Positions 37,003-51,768 of a stretch of 64,000 nt of DNA are shown here, one piece after another. The position numbers and the translations under genes are program-made. Below the pieces are notes generated by a model that made no database searches, was not told the origin of the DNA, and was given only the letters and a program-made list of their open reading frames with translations. This stretch comes from Eledone cirrhosa (lineage: Eukaryota): the NCBI GenBank assembly GCA_964016885.1, contig OZ024743.1, positions 160,022,001 to 160,086,000 of the forward strand, written 5' to 3'. Position 1 is the first letter of the stretch. Every line of letters begins with the position of its first letter.

Positions 37003-39271
37003 TAAGATCAAAAGATGGTTAAAGGAGTTCCATGTATTTTATTATGCGCATTTCAAAAACAAACATCATCATGCAATAATATTTGTGTTTTCATCAGATA
37101 AAACAGGAGAACATGATATGAAGGCTAAAAAACACTTGTGGATAGTGCAGTTTTAAATCAACATATGAAAAGTGGTTTTAGATTGATGTGTGATATTGGG
37201 AAAAATATTTTATTTAGAGAGGGGGGGAGGATGAAAAAGGGGAGGAGATGAGAGGGAGAGATGGGTGGTAGAGAGAAAGAGATAGTTTTTATTACTGAGA
37301 GGAGATATATTGTTTTACATAGAGAGGTTGAAAACCGTTGGAAGATAATGTATAAATTAAAAAAATTTGAAAATTAACGAAAGGAGGATATGTGCGAGGA
37401 AAAAGTATTTTATTTAGGGAGGGGGGTGGAGAGGATGAAAAAAAGGGGGAGGAGATGAGAGTGAAGGTGGAGAGGGAGAGATATTTTTTAGTGCCTTAAA
37501 TAAATGCTTCCCTCCCTCACATATCTATAGTAAAATATTTAACAAACACACCATCAAATTTTCTTATTCCACATCCTCCAATATTTCCAACATCATCTCT
37601 AAACACAACAATAAAATACTAAATACTAAATCTCTTCCTTCCAACATTGAATTTCATAATAACAGTAATAGTACTCCCGACGTCATTGTAAACCCTAGGC
37701 TAACTTCTGTAAACCCAAATACAACGTCAAACACAACTTCGCTAAATGTTCATAATCCAACTCTAAATCAAGAAACTATTATTCCTATTATTACTATCGC
37801 AAACAACTTCTCCAATCCAATTCCTTCTATAGATAACACTAGGTCACTCATTAATAATCTCTCTAATTGCAACTGCCGCATTAAAAATAAATGTCCTCTC
37901 AACAACCATTGTCTCGATAAAAACTTAATTTATGAATGTAAAATTATAACTAGCACCAATTGCTTCACCTATTTTGGCTCCACTTCCACCTCTTTTAAAG
38001 CTCGTCTCTATAATCATCATTCATCTTTCAAATACAAACTTAAAAGAACCAACACTGCTCTCTCAGAACTCATATGGTCCTTAAAAGACAAAAACATTAA
38101 ATATACCATCTTTTGGAAGAAGATTTCTTCTGCATCCTCATACTTGAACAGCTCTCTATCTAAAATCTGTAATCTCTGCCTAAATGAAAAATTTACCATT
38201 ATCTCTAACCTAGATTCTATAATAAATCGACGTACAGATTTGTTTTCTATCTGTCTGCATAAATTCCATAGAACTTTTCACAAAGTATACAGTTAATATT
38301 CAATTATTTATCAATTTAGAATCTTTTCTCAAAGGCACATATACATACACCTCTTTAAAATATACCCATCTTCCTACCATACTTTAAAGGACATTATACA
38401 CTCTATAATACTTGTTTGCGCATTATCTTCACCTTGTAAAATCCTTCATAACATATACATCTGTTTTTTGACGTTAGAATATTCATCCGCAATCATTATT
38501 TTTTTCTCTCTATCATAAATCTTTTTAATCTCAATTTCATCCTTAATTTATTATTATTTTTTTCTCCCCATCAACGAACTCATTCTTAATACATATTAAC
38601 TCTTTATTCGCATATATTATCAATTCCTCCAATATACAAACTTTAACTTCACATTATTTTTCTCAAATCCTTCTACACACAAACCTTAATAATTTTTCTC
38701 TTCGTTAATTTTGAAATTGCCACAATACTTATCAACATACCCTTTTTTGACGTTAGAATATTCATCCACAATTATTATTTCTTCTCTCTATCTTCATACA
38801 TAAATTCCCTTCGTTAATTTTCAAATTTTTTTAATTTATACATTATCTTCCAACGGTTTTGAACCTCTCTATGTAAAACAATATATCTCCTCTCAGTTAT
38901 AAAAACTATCTCTTTCTCTCTATCACCCATCTCTCCCTCTCATCTCCTCCCATTTTCATCCTTTCCACCACCCCCTCTCTAAATAAAATATTTTTCCCAA
39001 TATCACACATCAATCTAAAACCACTTTTCATATGTTGATTTAAAACTGCACTATCCACAAGTGTTTTTTAGCCTTCATATCATGTTCTCCTGTTTTATCT
39101 GATATTATTGCATGATGATGTTTGTTTTTTGAAATGCGCATAATAAAATACATGGAACTCCTTTAACCATCTTTTGATCTCATATTATGTATACTCCAGT
39201 CCTACAAACTGTAGAGTGCTTCTTATCCGATATCTGCATTGCTTTATTGTACTACAATAAAACTCACCTCC

Positions 39272-39275
<4 letters not shown>
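37003..39275 (+). mobile_element. PLE family G, 5'-truncated, with inverted pseudo-LTR
   Basis: 37003-37385 inverted to 38805-39180; HHR at 37037-37103 (minus, intact) and 39093-39148 (plus, core deletion); (TA)n flanks. Confidence 0.9.
37481..38296 (+). CDS. Open frame without start codon: PLE thumb/linker plus complete GIY-YIG domain
   Basis: Hand translation, 271 codons with no stop: FPPSHIYSKIFNKHTIKFSYS...NCNCRIKNKCPLNNHCLDKNLIYEC..TYFGSTSTSFKARLYNH..CNLCLNEK..NRR..CLH. Confidence 0.85.
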   Translation: MFFSALNKCFPPSHIYSKIFNKHTIKFSYSTSSNISNIISKHNNKILNTKSLPSNIEFHNNSNSTPDVIVNPRLTSVNPNTTSNTTSLNVHNPTLNQETIIPIITIANNFSNPIPSIDNTRSLINNLSNCNCRIKNKCPLNNHCLDKNLIYECKIITSTNCFTYFGSTSTSFKARLYNHHSSFKYKLKRTNTALSELIWSLKDKNIKYTIFWKKISSASSYLNSSLSKICNLCLNEKFTIISNLDSIINRRTDLFSICLHKFHRTFHKVYS

Positions 39276-39319
<44 letters not shown>

Positions 39320-39656
39320 TACACAAACATATATATACATATATATACACATATATACCTACACACACATATACATACACATACGTATGCATACATACAT
39401 ACACACACACATATAATTATATATATTAGAAAGAACATAAATATTATATATATAAAAACCTAAATATTTTATGTATAAAAATAAAAATAAAAATAAAAAT
39501 GAAAATAAAAAGTTGGGAATACGACAAATAATAAACAAAATATATTTAGAAATGGGTATAAGTGTTTACAGCAGATTTAGAGCACTCAACATATCCTGGA
39601 GCAAAAGATCAATGAAAATAAGCATTAAATCACGGTATGTAATTATGGATATACAT

Positions 39657-39688
<32 letters not shown>

Positions 39689-39960
39689 GTAGGAGGTGAG
39701 TTTTATTTTAGTACAATAAAGCAATGCAGATATCGGATAAGAAGCACTCTACGGTTTGTAGGACTGGAGTATACATAATATATAAGAACAAAAGATGGTT
39801 AAAAGAGTTCCATGTATTTTATTATGCGCATTTCAAAAACAAATATCATCATGCAATAATATTTGTGTTTTCATCAGATAAAACAGGAAGACATGATATG
39901 AACGTTAAAAAACACTTGTGGATAGTTCAGTTTTAAATCAACTTCCTGTTTTATCTAACA
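39689..39960 (-). mobile_element. Short family G2 copy with intact HHR at 39817-39883
   Basis: ttttat-CTGATGA-aaacacaaatatt..atatttgtttt-GAAA-tgcgca-TA-ataaaa on the minus strand. Confidence 0.85.
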
Positions 39961-40176
39961 ATATATATATATACATATATACATATATATATACACACAC
40001 GCACAAATACAACAGAAATATATAATATACAATTATATATACATATACATATACATAAAGATAGATATAAACATACATACACACACATATATAGATAGAT
40101 ATAAACATACATACACACACATATATAGATACACATATACATATACACACACACATACATACACATATATTTATAC

Positions 40177-40267
<91 letters not shown>

Positions 40268-43042
40268 CACATATACATACATATACGCAACACAAACAAA
40301 TAAATATCTAAAAATAAAAAACAATTTGGTATGTCAAGGGTAAGGCAGAAAGTAGGGGGGAAAAGGGGGAAATAGATGACATGGGAAAAGGTTTAAATAT
40401 AAGGGGAGATAAGGCAGAAAGAGAATACGAGAGTACAGAACGTGTATTCAGCATGTAAAATAACCGTAGTGGAAGTAAAGAGAAGAGCAGGAGTTCAAGG
40501 TGGTTGAGTAATCATAGGAATGTCAATCCAGTTAGAGATCAGATGTGATTTCAGACGGATGAGGACATCTGATGATCTCGGTCTTTGAGTTCAGGCAAGC
40601 AGAAGTAACTTTCAAGATTAGCAAAATCCTATATTTTTCCGTGGTACACAAAGAACAACTCTTTGTGCCCCCTTTGGTACTCCCTCGAATGGTCTAAAAT
40701 AGACCAATCGATAGAGTACGGGATGTTTTTTTATCCTTGAATTCACACACCTTACTTGCGAGGGCCGTTGCTGTTCGTTTATCGGAGTGCTTAAAAGAAG
40801 CGACATGTTCATAACACCTGGTTTGAAACCTGTCATGGGTCATGCCAACATATCGCTCACTCCTGGCTGGCTGGTTGTTGATTAAAGGTGTCACTTTGTC
40901 CTCATAAACAACGGATTTGGTGTTACATTTGTCCTGTAATGGGCATTCATCCGGCTTCCTGCAACTGCATCCTGGATTTGTTCAAAGGTGATTTGAACAA
41001 AGGTGTTTCTAGAATTTTTTAAATTAGAAATATTTCTAATTTTAAAAATTCTACAAACACCTTTGTTCTTTCCGATAAAACTAAAAATCTCTTTGAAGTT
41101 AATAGTATTTTGTATAACCAACTTTTAACTAATAGTATCACCAACAAATAGCAATTAACAAATAATAATACCTACAATACTATTAATAAAGAAGCTAAAC
41201 AACTAGCTAGTTCTTTAAAAATAGACAACCGGATTGAAAGCCTAGCTAAGCGTAAAGAATATATCACCCTTAAAGACCATAAATTAGACTTTACTAATCG
41301 ACCTAGTTGTAGACTGATTAACCCGGCGAAATCCGAAGTTGGCCATGCAAGTAAAAAATTTTAAGAAAAATAATTCTCCAAATTAGAACTAAGACTGATC
41401 TATCAAAATGGTTAAATACTTCCTCTGTTATTTCTTGGTTTAATAATATACAAGTGTAGATTTACCCAATTTGATATTGTTGATTTTTACCCCTCTATTA
41501 CTGTTTCCTTATTAACTAATGCCTGAGAGTTTGCAAGACCCTTCATTAATATTTCTAAATTAGAAGAAGACATTATCTTTCATGCTAGAAAAACTTTACT
41601 CTTTACTAATGAAAGTATTTGGGTTAAAAAGCAAAACCCTGAAAACTCTTTTGATGTTGCAATGGGTTCATATGACAGTGCGGATGTGTGTGACTTGGTA
41701 GGATTATTCCTTCTCCACACCCTCAAAGAGAAATTTCCTTCCCATAATATCGGTTTATACCGTGATGACGGATTGGCAGTTTCTCATACCACCAACGGCC
41801 ATAACCTTGATATATTCCGTAAAGATTTAATCAATACTTTTGCTAATCTTAACCTTAAAATTACTATAGATACGAACCTTACCAATGCTAACTTTCTTGT
41901 GATTAATCTTGATCTACTTACCGCCTCTTTTAAACCTTATCATAAACCTAATGAAAATCTTAGATATATACACAAAGAGTCTTGCCAACCCCTATAGTTT
42001 TAAAGAATCTTATTCCCAACATTGACATGTTTAATAAAGCCGCCCCTTATTATAATAAAGCACTTAATAACAGCGGTTTTACAGAACACATTTATTATTT
42101 ACCTACTCCCCCCCTAAACCTAACCACAATAATAGGAAAAGGAAAATTATTTGGTTTACACTCCCCTTCTCTCTAACTGTCAATACTAATGTAGGAAGGA
42201 AATTCCTTGACCTCTTAGATAAACATTTTCCTCCTAATCATAGATATTATAAGATATTTAATAGAAATGTAGTTAAGATCAGTTACTCTTGTTGCCCATC
42301 AATGAAGTCTAAGATAACTAATTCAAATCGTACGAGAACAAATCCATGATGCAGTTGCAGGAAGCCGGATGAATGCCCATTACAGGGCAAATCTAACACC
42401 AAATCCCTTTTTTATGAGATCAAAGTGATACCTTTAATCAACAACCGGCCAGCCAGGAGTGAACGATATGTTGGCATGACCCAGGACAGGTTTCAAACCA
42501 GGTTTTATGCACATGTCGCTTCTTTTAAGCACTCCGATAAACGAACAGCAACGGCTCTTGCAAATAAGGTTTGGGAATTCAAGGATAAAAACATCCCGTA
42601 CTCTATCGATTGGTCTATTTTAGACCATTCGAGGGAGTACCAAAGGGGCATAAAGAATTGTACTTAGTGTACCACAGAAAAATATAGGATTATGTTAAAT
42701 TTGAAAGCTACTTCTGCTTGCCTGAACTCAAAGACCGAGATCTTCAGATGTTGTCCTCATCTAAAATCATATCTGATCTGTAACTGGATTGACATTCCTA
42801 TGATAACTCAACCACCTTGAACTCCTGCTCTTCTCTTTACTTCCACTACGGCATTTTCACCTGCTGAATCCACGTTCTGTACTCTCGTATTCTCTTTCTC
42901 CCTTATCTCCCCTTATATTTAAACCTTTTCCTATGTCATTTATTTCCCCCTTTTTTCCCCTACTTTATGCCTTTCCCTTCACATACCAAATTTCTTTATT
43001 TTTAGATATTTATTTTTTTGTCTGTTGCGTATATGTATGTAA

Positions 43043-43147
<105 letters not shown>

Positions 43148-43540
43148 TATAAGAACAAAAGATGGTTAAAAGAGTTCCATGTATTTTATTATGCGCATTT
43201 CAAAAACAAATATCATCATGCAATAATATTTGTGTTTTCATCAGATAAAACAGGAAGACATGATATGAAGGTTAAAAAACACTTGTCGATAGTGCAGTTT
43301 TAAATCAACAAGTGTTTTTTAACCTTCATATCTTGTCTTCCTGTTTTATCTGATGAAAACACAAATATTATTGCATGATGATATTTGTTTTTGAAATGCG
43401 CATAATAAAATACATGGAACTCTTTTAACCATCTTTTGTTCTTATATATTATGTATACTCCAGTCCTACAAACTGTAGAGTGCTTCTTATCCGATATCTG
43501 CATTGCTTTATTGTACTACAATAAAACTCACCTCCTACAT
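43148..43540. mobile_element. Family G2 fold-back with two intact HHRs (43184-43250 minus, 43344-43410 plus)
   Basis: 43148-43285 inverted to 43309-43447; tail to 43538; (TA)n flanks. Confidence 0.9.
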
Positions 43541-43620
43541 ATATATATATATATGTATATACGTGCATGTATGGGGGTGTGTATATTTGTGCGTGTATAT
43601 GTATCTATTATATAATGGTT

Positions 43621-43685
<65 letters not shown>

Positions 43686-44197
43686 ATGTATATGCATAAT
43701 TACATACAGTGATTTAATGCTTATTTTCATTGATCTTTTGCTCCAGGAACTTGTTGATTTCTCTAAATCTGCTATAAACACTTATACCCTTTTCTAAATA
43801 TATTTTGTTATATATTATTTGTCGTATTCCCAACTTTTTATTTTCATTTTTATTTTTATTTTATATATACAATAATTAAGTTTTTATATATATAGTATTT
43901 AAGTTCTTTCTCATATATATATATATATAATTATATGTGTATGTGGGTGTGTATGTATGTATACATACGTATGTGTATGTTTATGTGTGTAGATATATAT
44001 GTGTATATATATATATGTATGTGTATATATGTGTATATATATATATTTTAGAGTTAAACAAGGTTCATATGAATTATCTAAGAATGAGTTTTACACACAT
44101 ATATGTGTGTGTTTGTATTTGTATGTATGTTTTTGTGTTATGTATGTATATGTATGTGTATGTATGTATGGATATGTATGTATGTATGTATATATAA

Positions 44198-44264
<67 letters not shown>

Positions 44265-44516
44265 TATGTGTGTGTATATATGTATATGTGTTTGTGTGTA
44301 TACATGTATGCGTATGTATGCGTGTATATATGTGTGTATGTATGTGTGTATGTACGTGTGTATATACGTATGATTGTGTGTATGTATGTATGTATGTGTA
44401 TGTATATGTGTATGTATATGTATGTGTATGTATATATATATATGTATGTGTGTATATATATGTATGTGTGTGTATGTATGTATATATATGTTTATGTAAA
44501 TATATATATATATGCA

Positions 44517-44547
<31 letters not shown>

Positions 44548-44854
44548 ATGCACGTTTGTATATTTGTATGTATGTGTATATGTATGGACATGTTGATATT
44601 TATGTGTGTATGTATGTATGTGTATATGTATGGGTATGTATATATATACACATATATATATGTGTGTGTGTGTGTATGTGTGTGTGTGTATGTATGAGTG
44701 TATGTATATATATATGTGTATGTATATAATTGTGTGTGTGTGTGTGTGTGTGTGTGTTTTTATTTTTCCTTTCCTTCTTCCTTTTCCAGCTTCACTTTCA
44801 TATAGATGATATTTTCGTTTTTAAAATCCAACGCCAATAAATACACCAGGTTTT

Positions 44855-44915
44855 TTTCATTCTGATGATTGAAAGCAACATTTTTTTGCTTTTAAGAAAC
44901 CACTGGTAAATGAAA
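44855..44915 (+). ncRNA. Type I hammerhead ribozyme, family F
   Basis: tttcatt-CTGATGA-ttgaaagcaacatttttttgcttttaa-GAAA-ccactgg-TA-aatgaaa. Confidence 0.9.
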
Positions 44916-45009
44916 TAATTGCCTTATGTTGTTTATTACATAACTATTAAGCTCTGTTACCTACATAGAGCACTCTTTTTTTCCTGGACATTTCCGACGG
45001 AATTACTTC

Positions 45010-45047
<38 letters not shown>

Positions 45048-45052
<5 letters not shown>

Positions 45053-46984
45053 ACGTTAAGAACGGCGTTCGTGAAAGTGAAAGTCAATTTTTTGATAAGT
45101 GAATATGTTTTTTGTTTTTTTTTACAATGAAAGTGTACACACGAAATTGTATGGATTTCTTAAAATATATATATGTGTGGGTGTGTATATGTGTGTATAT
45201 ATGTGTGTACACTGTGAATTTGTTTGTTTATTTACAACAGGTCTCTATAGTGATATGGTGTTAATTAGTATTGCGTGTGTGATTCTTTTTCTTTTTCTTT
45301 TTTTGTGTATTGTGTGTACGGAAAATTTTTTTTTAAATAATGACATTGTGTGTTGAAATAAATAAATTTGTTTTAAATAACTACATAGTTAGACGTTTGT
45401 TGCATATAACATATAAATTGACGTACCTTATCAACATCCTTATTAGACCGTATAAATAGCTGAAATACAGTTGATCATCTCGCCAAACTTCTTTGCACCA
45501 ACTCTCTGCCGCCAAAGAAATTCAGCTAAATATGAGGGGAATAAAGCGTCGCTTGTCCCATGTTGTCGACGAAGCTTTTTCTTTGCACGGCTCCAAGTGT
45601 TCTCTATGAGTTGTGTGTGCACATTAGGGTCTTCAGGATCGACAAAGTTCCGTTGGCGCACAACAACATCATGGAGGTAAATGCCACCTTGAATGTCTTC
45701 AATATCAGAATAGGAAGCCCAACCATCATGATGTGGCTTCCTGGCAAAATCCATTCCTGTATGATGGGGACAAGAGTCTCACGGCTTCGATCTGGGACTT
45801 CGATGAGGCAGCAGCGTCCAGAATGGCGTTCTACAGCGCCGAACACCCAGTGGCCTTGTCTCCACTGGCCACGATGATACTTTCTATGAAAGTATTTTGA
45901 TTCGTCGATCTCTACAATGATCGACGAACCATTCTCATCGAATCCTCCAAGCTGTTGAGGATTCGCCTCCAAATACTGCTCACAGATTTCTCTAAGGAAA
46001 TTGCACCAGTCTATAATTGTCGGCTTGCTAAGTACTGTTTCTCTCATCATCTCAGTTTGGGCATGATCGTTGCACCCCATATACATAATGCCAATAAGTT
46101 GTTCGAGTCGAAGATGGCTTCGATAAAATATAGAATTCCCTCGCACCGATTGACAAAATGTGTCGCGGCAGCATCGCCATCTCCATTTATCAATCCCCTC
46201 AGAATATCTTCTCAATGTGCACGCCTCATTGCAGAGAGAACAAAACACACTGTTCGCCAACAGACGCCGACTCGCAAACCACTGTAACATACACAACGTG
46301 TCACCGTGTATCGCCGGACACAGCGTATACATTGTTTCAAAGTGATTAACAATAGCATTGGTATCCAAAATATCTTCAACTAACTTAACGCGACCAAACC
46401 CTCGTGCAGCCATATTTGATGTGACACTGTATCCAGCCCTTCGGTGCTTCGTTTAGAAAATAAAAAAATGTCCCAGCCCTTCTGACGCCTATCTGCCTTT
46501 CTGACCCCAAGCTGCCCCTCTGACCCAAATCCCTTATCATTCTCTGTCCTTCTTATGACCCGGCTTTAATTTCTTTGTGGACAGATAGTTGGTGCCAACA
46601 ACTTTGGCAAGATATTACAAAAACATCTAAACGATGATGATGACACAAACACATATATATATACAAACACACATATATATATATACATACAGACACACAT
46701 ATATATACACACATATACACACCCACACATATATATATAAGAAAAAATAATCACACACGCAATACTAATTAACACCATATCACTATAGAGACCTGTTGTA
46801 AATAAACAAACAAATTCACAGTGTACACACATATATACACACATATACACACCCACACATATATATATTTTAATGAATCCATACAATTGCGTGTGTATCG
46901 TAACTTTCACTGTAAAAAAAAAAAAAAATTTACTTGTCAAAAAATTTACTTTCACTTTCACGAACGCCGTTCTTAACGTATGTC
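45048..46984 (-). mobile_element. Merlin (IS1595/ISXO2-like) DNA transposon with ~235-bp TIRs
   Basis: TIR GGCATACGTTAAGAACGGCGTTCGTGAAAGTG at 45048-45285, inverted at 46745-46984; flanks compatible with a 9-bp tatatatat TSD. Confidence 0.92.
45443..46413 (-). pseudogene. Merlin DDE transposase with one frameshift near 45730
   Basis: C-x2-C zinc motif, VEIDESKY..RKYHRG..WVFG.VER, PGS.I.[fs]DGW.SY, NFVDP..VHTQ.IENTW. Confidence 0.92.
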
Positions 46985-47269
46985 TATATATATACATTTA
47001 AAAAAAGGAAAATAATGACTTTACTTTTAATTCTAAACAACTTACTTTAATGTTATAATATTATGATTTTACAATTTGGTATATATATATATATATATAT
47101 ATAATTAGAGTTGTAAAGTATATAAATACATACACCTATATATACATACATACACATATCTATACATACAAATAAATAAAATATATCCATGCACGCACAC
47201 ACACACACATACGTACATACACACACACAAACACACACGCACACACATCCACACATACATACAAGGAGG

Positions 47270-47875
47270 AATATTATCCTGACAGAGATAGTTGTCTTCT
47301 CAATATGTGTGAAGTTCCAGTCAAAACATTTTTTATCTTGCAGAGATGGTAAACAAGGGATCATTCTCAAATACTGTTCTGTTCCTTTCTTGATTATCCC
47401 CAGTGTTTCCACAATCACTCGTATTGTACGGCCTTGAGAAGCCACATTTTTTCGATTTCAATAAGCAGATCTTTATATTTTCTTAACTTGTCAAACTCTT
47501 TTGCCGTAATATTGTGACCACATGTGATGCTCCTATCAATTAGTAAACAATATATGATATCTGGTCTATTAACTTTTATGGTCCGGTCAGTATGTACAGG
47601 AAAGTTCCAAAGAATTGTTACTTTTTCTCCTTCAGTTACAACTTCAGGATGATGATTGGACAACTTGTCAGCAGTTTTGATTTTATAATGCCGACATATC
47701 AACCATTGTATATATTGGCCAATTCTGTCATGTCTAGATTTGTACTCTACTGGTGATAAGGCTTTTACACCATGAGATTAAGAAATCCACTGGCTCAATC
47801 TCATCATTGCAGAATCGGCACTTTCGATTTACTCCATTTCTTATCACATTGGCCTGGTAATTCTGTGTCAATAAA
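47270..47875 (-). mobile_element. RLE-type non-LTR retrotransposon 3' fragment (R4/Dong-like)
   Basis: CRFC..E...C...Y..RHD, ILWNFPVHTDRTI..NRPDII, KYKDL.IEIEKMW, LGIIKK. Confidence 0.85.
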
Positions 47876-48529
47876 CAACTTGGGCAGCGAAGTCATATAT
47901 CGTTTGAGAAACATATAGTATTCAGTACATATATATGTGCTGTGACTGGTACATCGGACCTATTTCTAGCGGACGTGACGTCCAGTACTATTTATATCTG
48001 ACAATACTCTTAAATATAAATCCACCTCATGTTATCTCGATTGACTATTACTCTGAACATGACAGATATAACGCTATTGTGTATTTCATTTGAATTTTTA
48101 AGGAGCCGATTTCTTCTTACGATTAGTTCCACGTCTCCCGTAGCTATAACAAAATCGATATTTGGTAATCGATAATCGATTACTTAAATCAATTCCTTAA
48201 ATTGATTTTCTGTCCGGTTCTAGGAGCTATGAAATAGATCCGTAAGGAATTTTAGTTTTTCCACCTTAAAACATATAGATTTCCCAAATATAATATGCTG
48301 TTTTATATATAAGTACAAAACACTGTGTTTTTTCTAACGATATATGGCTATATATATATATAGTTGAACAATTTGAATTATTAATGCTCTGGACAAACGC
48401 CCATTGAGCTTTTTCACTTCGAAACTTATTCATCATACATAATGTATGTGTTATGATACTTTAAATTGCGCATGGATATTTCTACCAAATTTATACTACA
48501 GTAACCAGCTCCAGATGCTTATTGTAACC

Positions 48530-51500
48530 AGCAGATTCATATGCAAGTGTACGACTGGCAAGGCACTGTAACCTGTTGAGCGCTCTTTATATATCCGAGT
48601 ACACGACACAATGTGAAAATGAACCTCCGAGAGTTTGACTACTTCCTGAATGATATACCAACTCCATCACGCAGGTCTTACTCTAAACTCCTGCCCCACA
48701 AAGTTGAAGATGTGGTCAAGCGATTGAGATGGAGGGCACAGGCTTTAGACGGGAAACTATCAAGTTTAAATAATATTTTCAACATGAAGTCTATAAAGAA
48801 CCCATCGGAGGTAAATGAAATCTCTTTTGAAGCTGATCTTCTTAATCTGGTTGCTAACATATGTTTCCACAAACACTCCAATTCCTTTCAGCATAAAGTA
48901 AGTAGAGACATAGAAGACTTCAGATTCTCTGATTGAAATTTCGTTCTATCAGATAAAACTAATAATCTTTATGAGTTAGATCATTCTCCGTACAACCAAC
49001 TTCTGAACAAAAACTATACAGTCTAAATATAAAAAGTCTGACCCTGCTATCTATTATAACATCAATAATGAGACGAAGTATAGAGCCACCACCCTCAAAG
49101 TAGATAACAAGTTAGGGTGCTTGGATAGGAGAGAGACTTATGTTACATTTTAGGATTATAAGGATAAATCAACTAACCCTTTCATAAACCCGTCTAAAAT
49201 AGAGTTAGGACATGTTAGTAAAGACATACTTTAAAATATTAATATAGCCACTAGACAACAGCCCAATCTTAATCAGTGGGATAATAGTCAAGTAGTTATA
49301 GATTGGTTTAACGTCATCAAACATACTAGGTAAGCTAGGAACACTCAATTTGATATAGTTGATTTTTACACCTCGATATCCAGGGCCTTGCTTGATAACA
49401 CCCTTGATGCCGATAACAATTTCACTAATATAGAGAATTAGATCGATTAGTCACATCCCACTGCAGAAAAACCTCTCTACTTTAATAATGATGACCCCTG
49501 ACCCCTGGATAAAGAAATCCATTAACAACGACCCATTTGATGTGCGATTGGATCATTTAACAGTGCTGATATATGCGATTTAGTGGGCCTCTTTATTTTA
49601 GACACACTACGTAAGATATTTCCTGACGTCCATCCGAGCATATATCGTGATGGCGTTCTGGCACTACCCAGCCATAAAAACCCTCATCACTAACTTTAGA
49701 CACCCTACGCTTAACAATTACTATATACACCAACCTCCCCATACAGACCATTCCACAAACCCAATGATAAAAGTAGGTACATTCATAAGGAGTCTAGCAA
49801 CCCCTATAGTTTAAACAAATCTTATTAATAACATTAGTAAGAGGGTACCCAATCTCTCTTTTAGCAAAACCATCTTTCATAGGGCATCACCGTACAACAA
49901 CTCAAAAGTAAACCACAGCAGCTACTCCGAAAAGTCATTTACTTTCCATATCCCGGCCCTACATCTAGAAAGAAAAAAATAGGCATCAGGAAGTCATGTG
50001 GTTGGCATCACCTTTCGCACTAAATGGGTAAACCAATGAAGGTAGAAAATTCCTAGGCCTCTAAGATATTCACTTCCTTGTTGGCCATAAATACCGACAG
50101 ATATTCAATAGGCATACAGTGACAGTAGGCTACTCGTGTACCAATAACATTAAATTCCATATCACCGGCAAACGCAAAAGCCCTACAGCTTATGAATGCT
50201 CATGCAGACGATCCAAGGACATGCCAACTAGGCCAACAGTGCAACACTCCAGTGGTGATATATCAAGCAGAAGTGTCCTCCACCAACTAGAACCACCAAA
50301 CTGAAGCCTGGACGTATGTCACAATGTCCGAGAACATGTTCAAAAGCAGGTACATGAACCATGAAACAAGCTTCAGATAACCCTGCAAAAAGATGCCACC
50401 TACCTAGCAAACCATGTGTGCAGCCTTGAAAACATTGTCAAACCTTTTTCCATTAAATAGAGTATATTGGAAAAATCTAGCCCATATGTTAATGTGACGA
50501 AATCTTGCCGGCTACGTATCTCACACAAGTAGCTTCAGAGAAACACTGCTTAAATTTATGCTTCACTGCTTTAGTCGCTGTCCACATGAAGTGATATTTA
50601 TTCTGAGAAAAAGGTATAGACCAAACTAATTGTTTCGAATGTCAAGGATTTAATTTCTTTGAATTACTAACTAATTTGAATTTCAGGGACTTTGATATCT
50701 ATGAATTACTAACTTCACACAAGTTCCCTACCTTTGAAATATTTCGATAGTTACTTCCCTTTACACTATCTCAAAATGTTGTTTCTTTACAGGTTAAATT
50801 GAAATGACCTGCCGTTGAGCTCTTGCGTAATTTTAAAATATCCTGCAATCAATCGTCTCCTTCTTATATAATTCTTATATAATCGTTCAATATATGGATA
50901 ATATATCTGTAATATTGATCCCCCTTTCAAAACTTCTTACTATAATTTAAACATCTCCCTATTTATTAGTCATTATATGTACATCATTTTTTTTTACTTA
51001 CTTCAATCAAGATTTTAACTTGTAATATTTTAATTTCTAATTTTCAATCAAAATTTCCACTGTGAAACCATAATACCTAGAAATAAGTATATATTCTCTT
51101 AGCAGGTGATGGTTAATTCTATTGTACATTCATAATTTAGAGGTAGTTTCGGCCAACTGCCACTGGCAGGGCGACTAGCAGCAATCTATAACCGTGTCAT
51201 ATTACAGACCTGGATGGGGTGATTGTTTGGTTGAGAGAGGGACCTTCCTAGGTTGGTTTCGTTGAACTTTGGGGTAGTTGATAGTCAACTTCCTTCGGAC
51301 TTGCGCCTGCGCAGACCAGTGGGTGTGAATTGGGACTCGCAAGGGAACGGGCGATGGATTCAAGAACACGCGCTTTGTCCGTTCCCTTGTCGATTCAATT
51401 TGGATTGCCTTGAAAACATAACCTCATTATGTAAGAAGCTGTCTGAAGATGTCACGGAACTGGATACACAGAAGCGTGTGGCCACTGTCGTCACTGAAAT

Positions 51501-51640
51501 ATGTATCACAGCATTATCATTAAAGGTCTTTCACATCTGAAACTACCTCGCTTTTTCTTATTCGATATACACTCCGTCTCTCCTATGTGGAAAAAGTTCG
51601 TTGAGTGCTTGAATTGAATTGCATGAATATTTACCTTAAG
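48530..51640 (+). mobile_element. Old degenerate near full-length PLE
   Basis: IPTPS..Y.K.L..KVE.V.KRLRW.A at 48613; QFDIVDFY, FNSADICDLVGLF, IYRDG and EN remnants to ~50600; HHR near the 3' end before (TA)n. Linkage of the 3' part to the ORF is inferred. Confidence 0.75.
51438..51512 (+). ncRNA. Type I hammerhead ribozyme with 46-nt helix II
   Basis: gctgt-CTGAAGA-tgtcacg..tggatacac/gtgtggcca..cgtcact-GAAA-tatgta-TC-acagc. Confidence 0.85.
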
Positions 51641-51666
51641 TATATATATATATATATATATATATA

Positions 51667-51768
<102 letters not shown>

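Noticed and set aside
40565-40600. CTGATGA on the plus strand
   Set aside because: Antisense of EN coding sequence; no GAAA half
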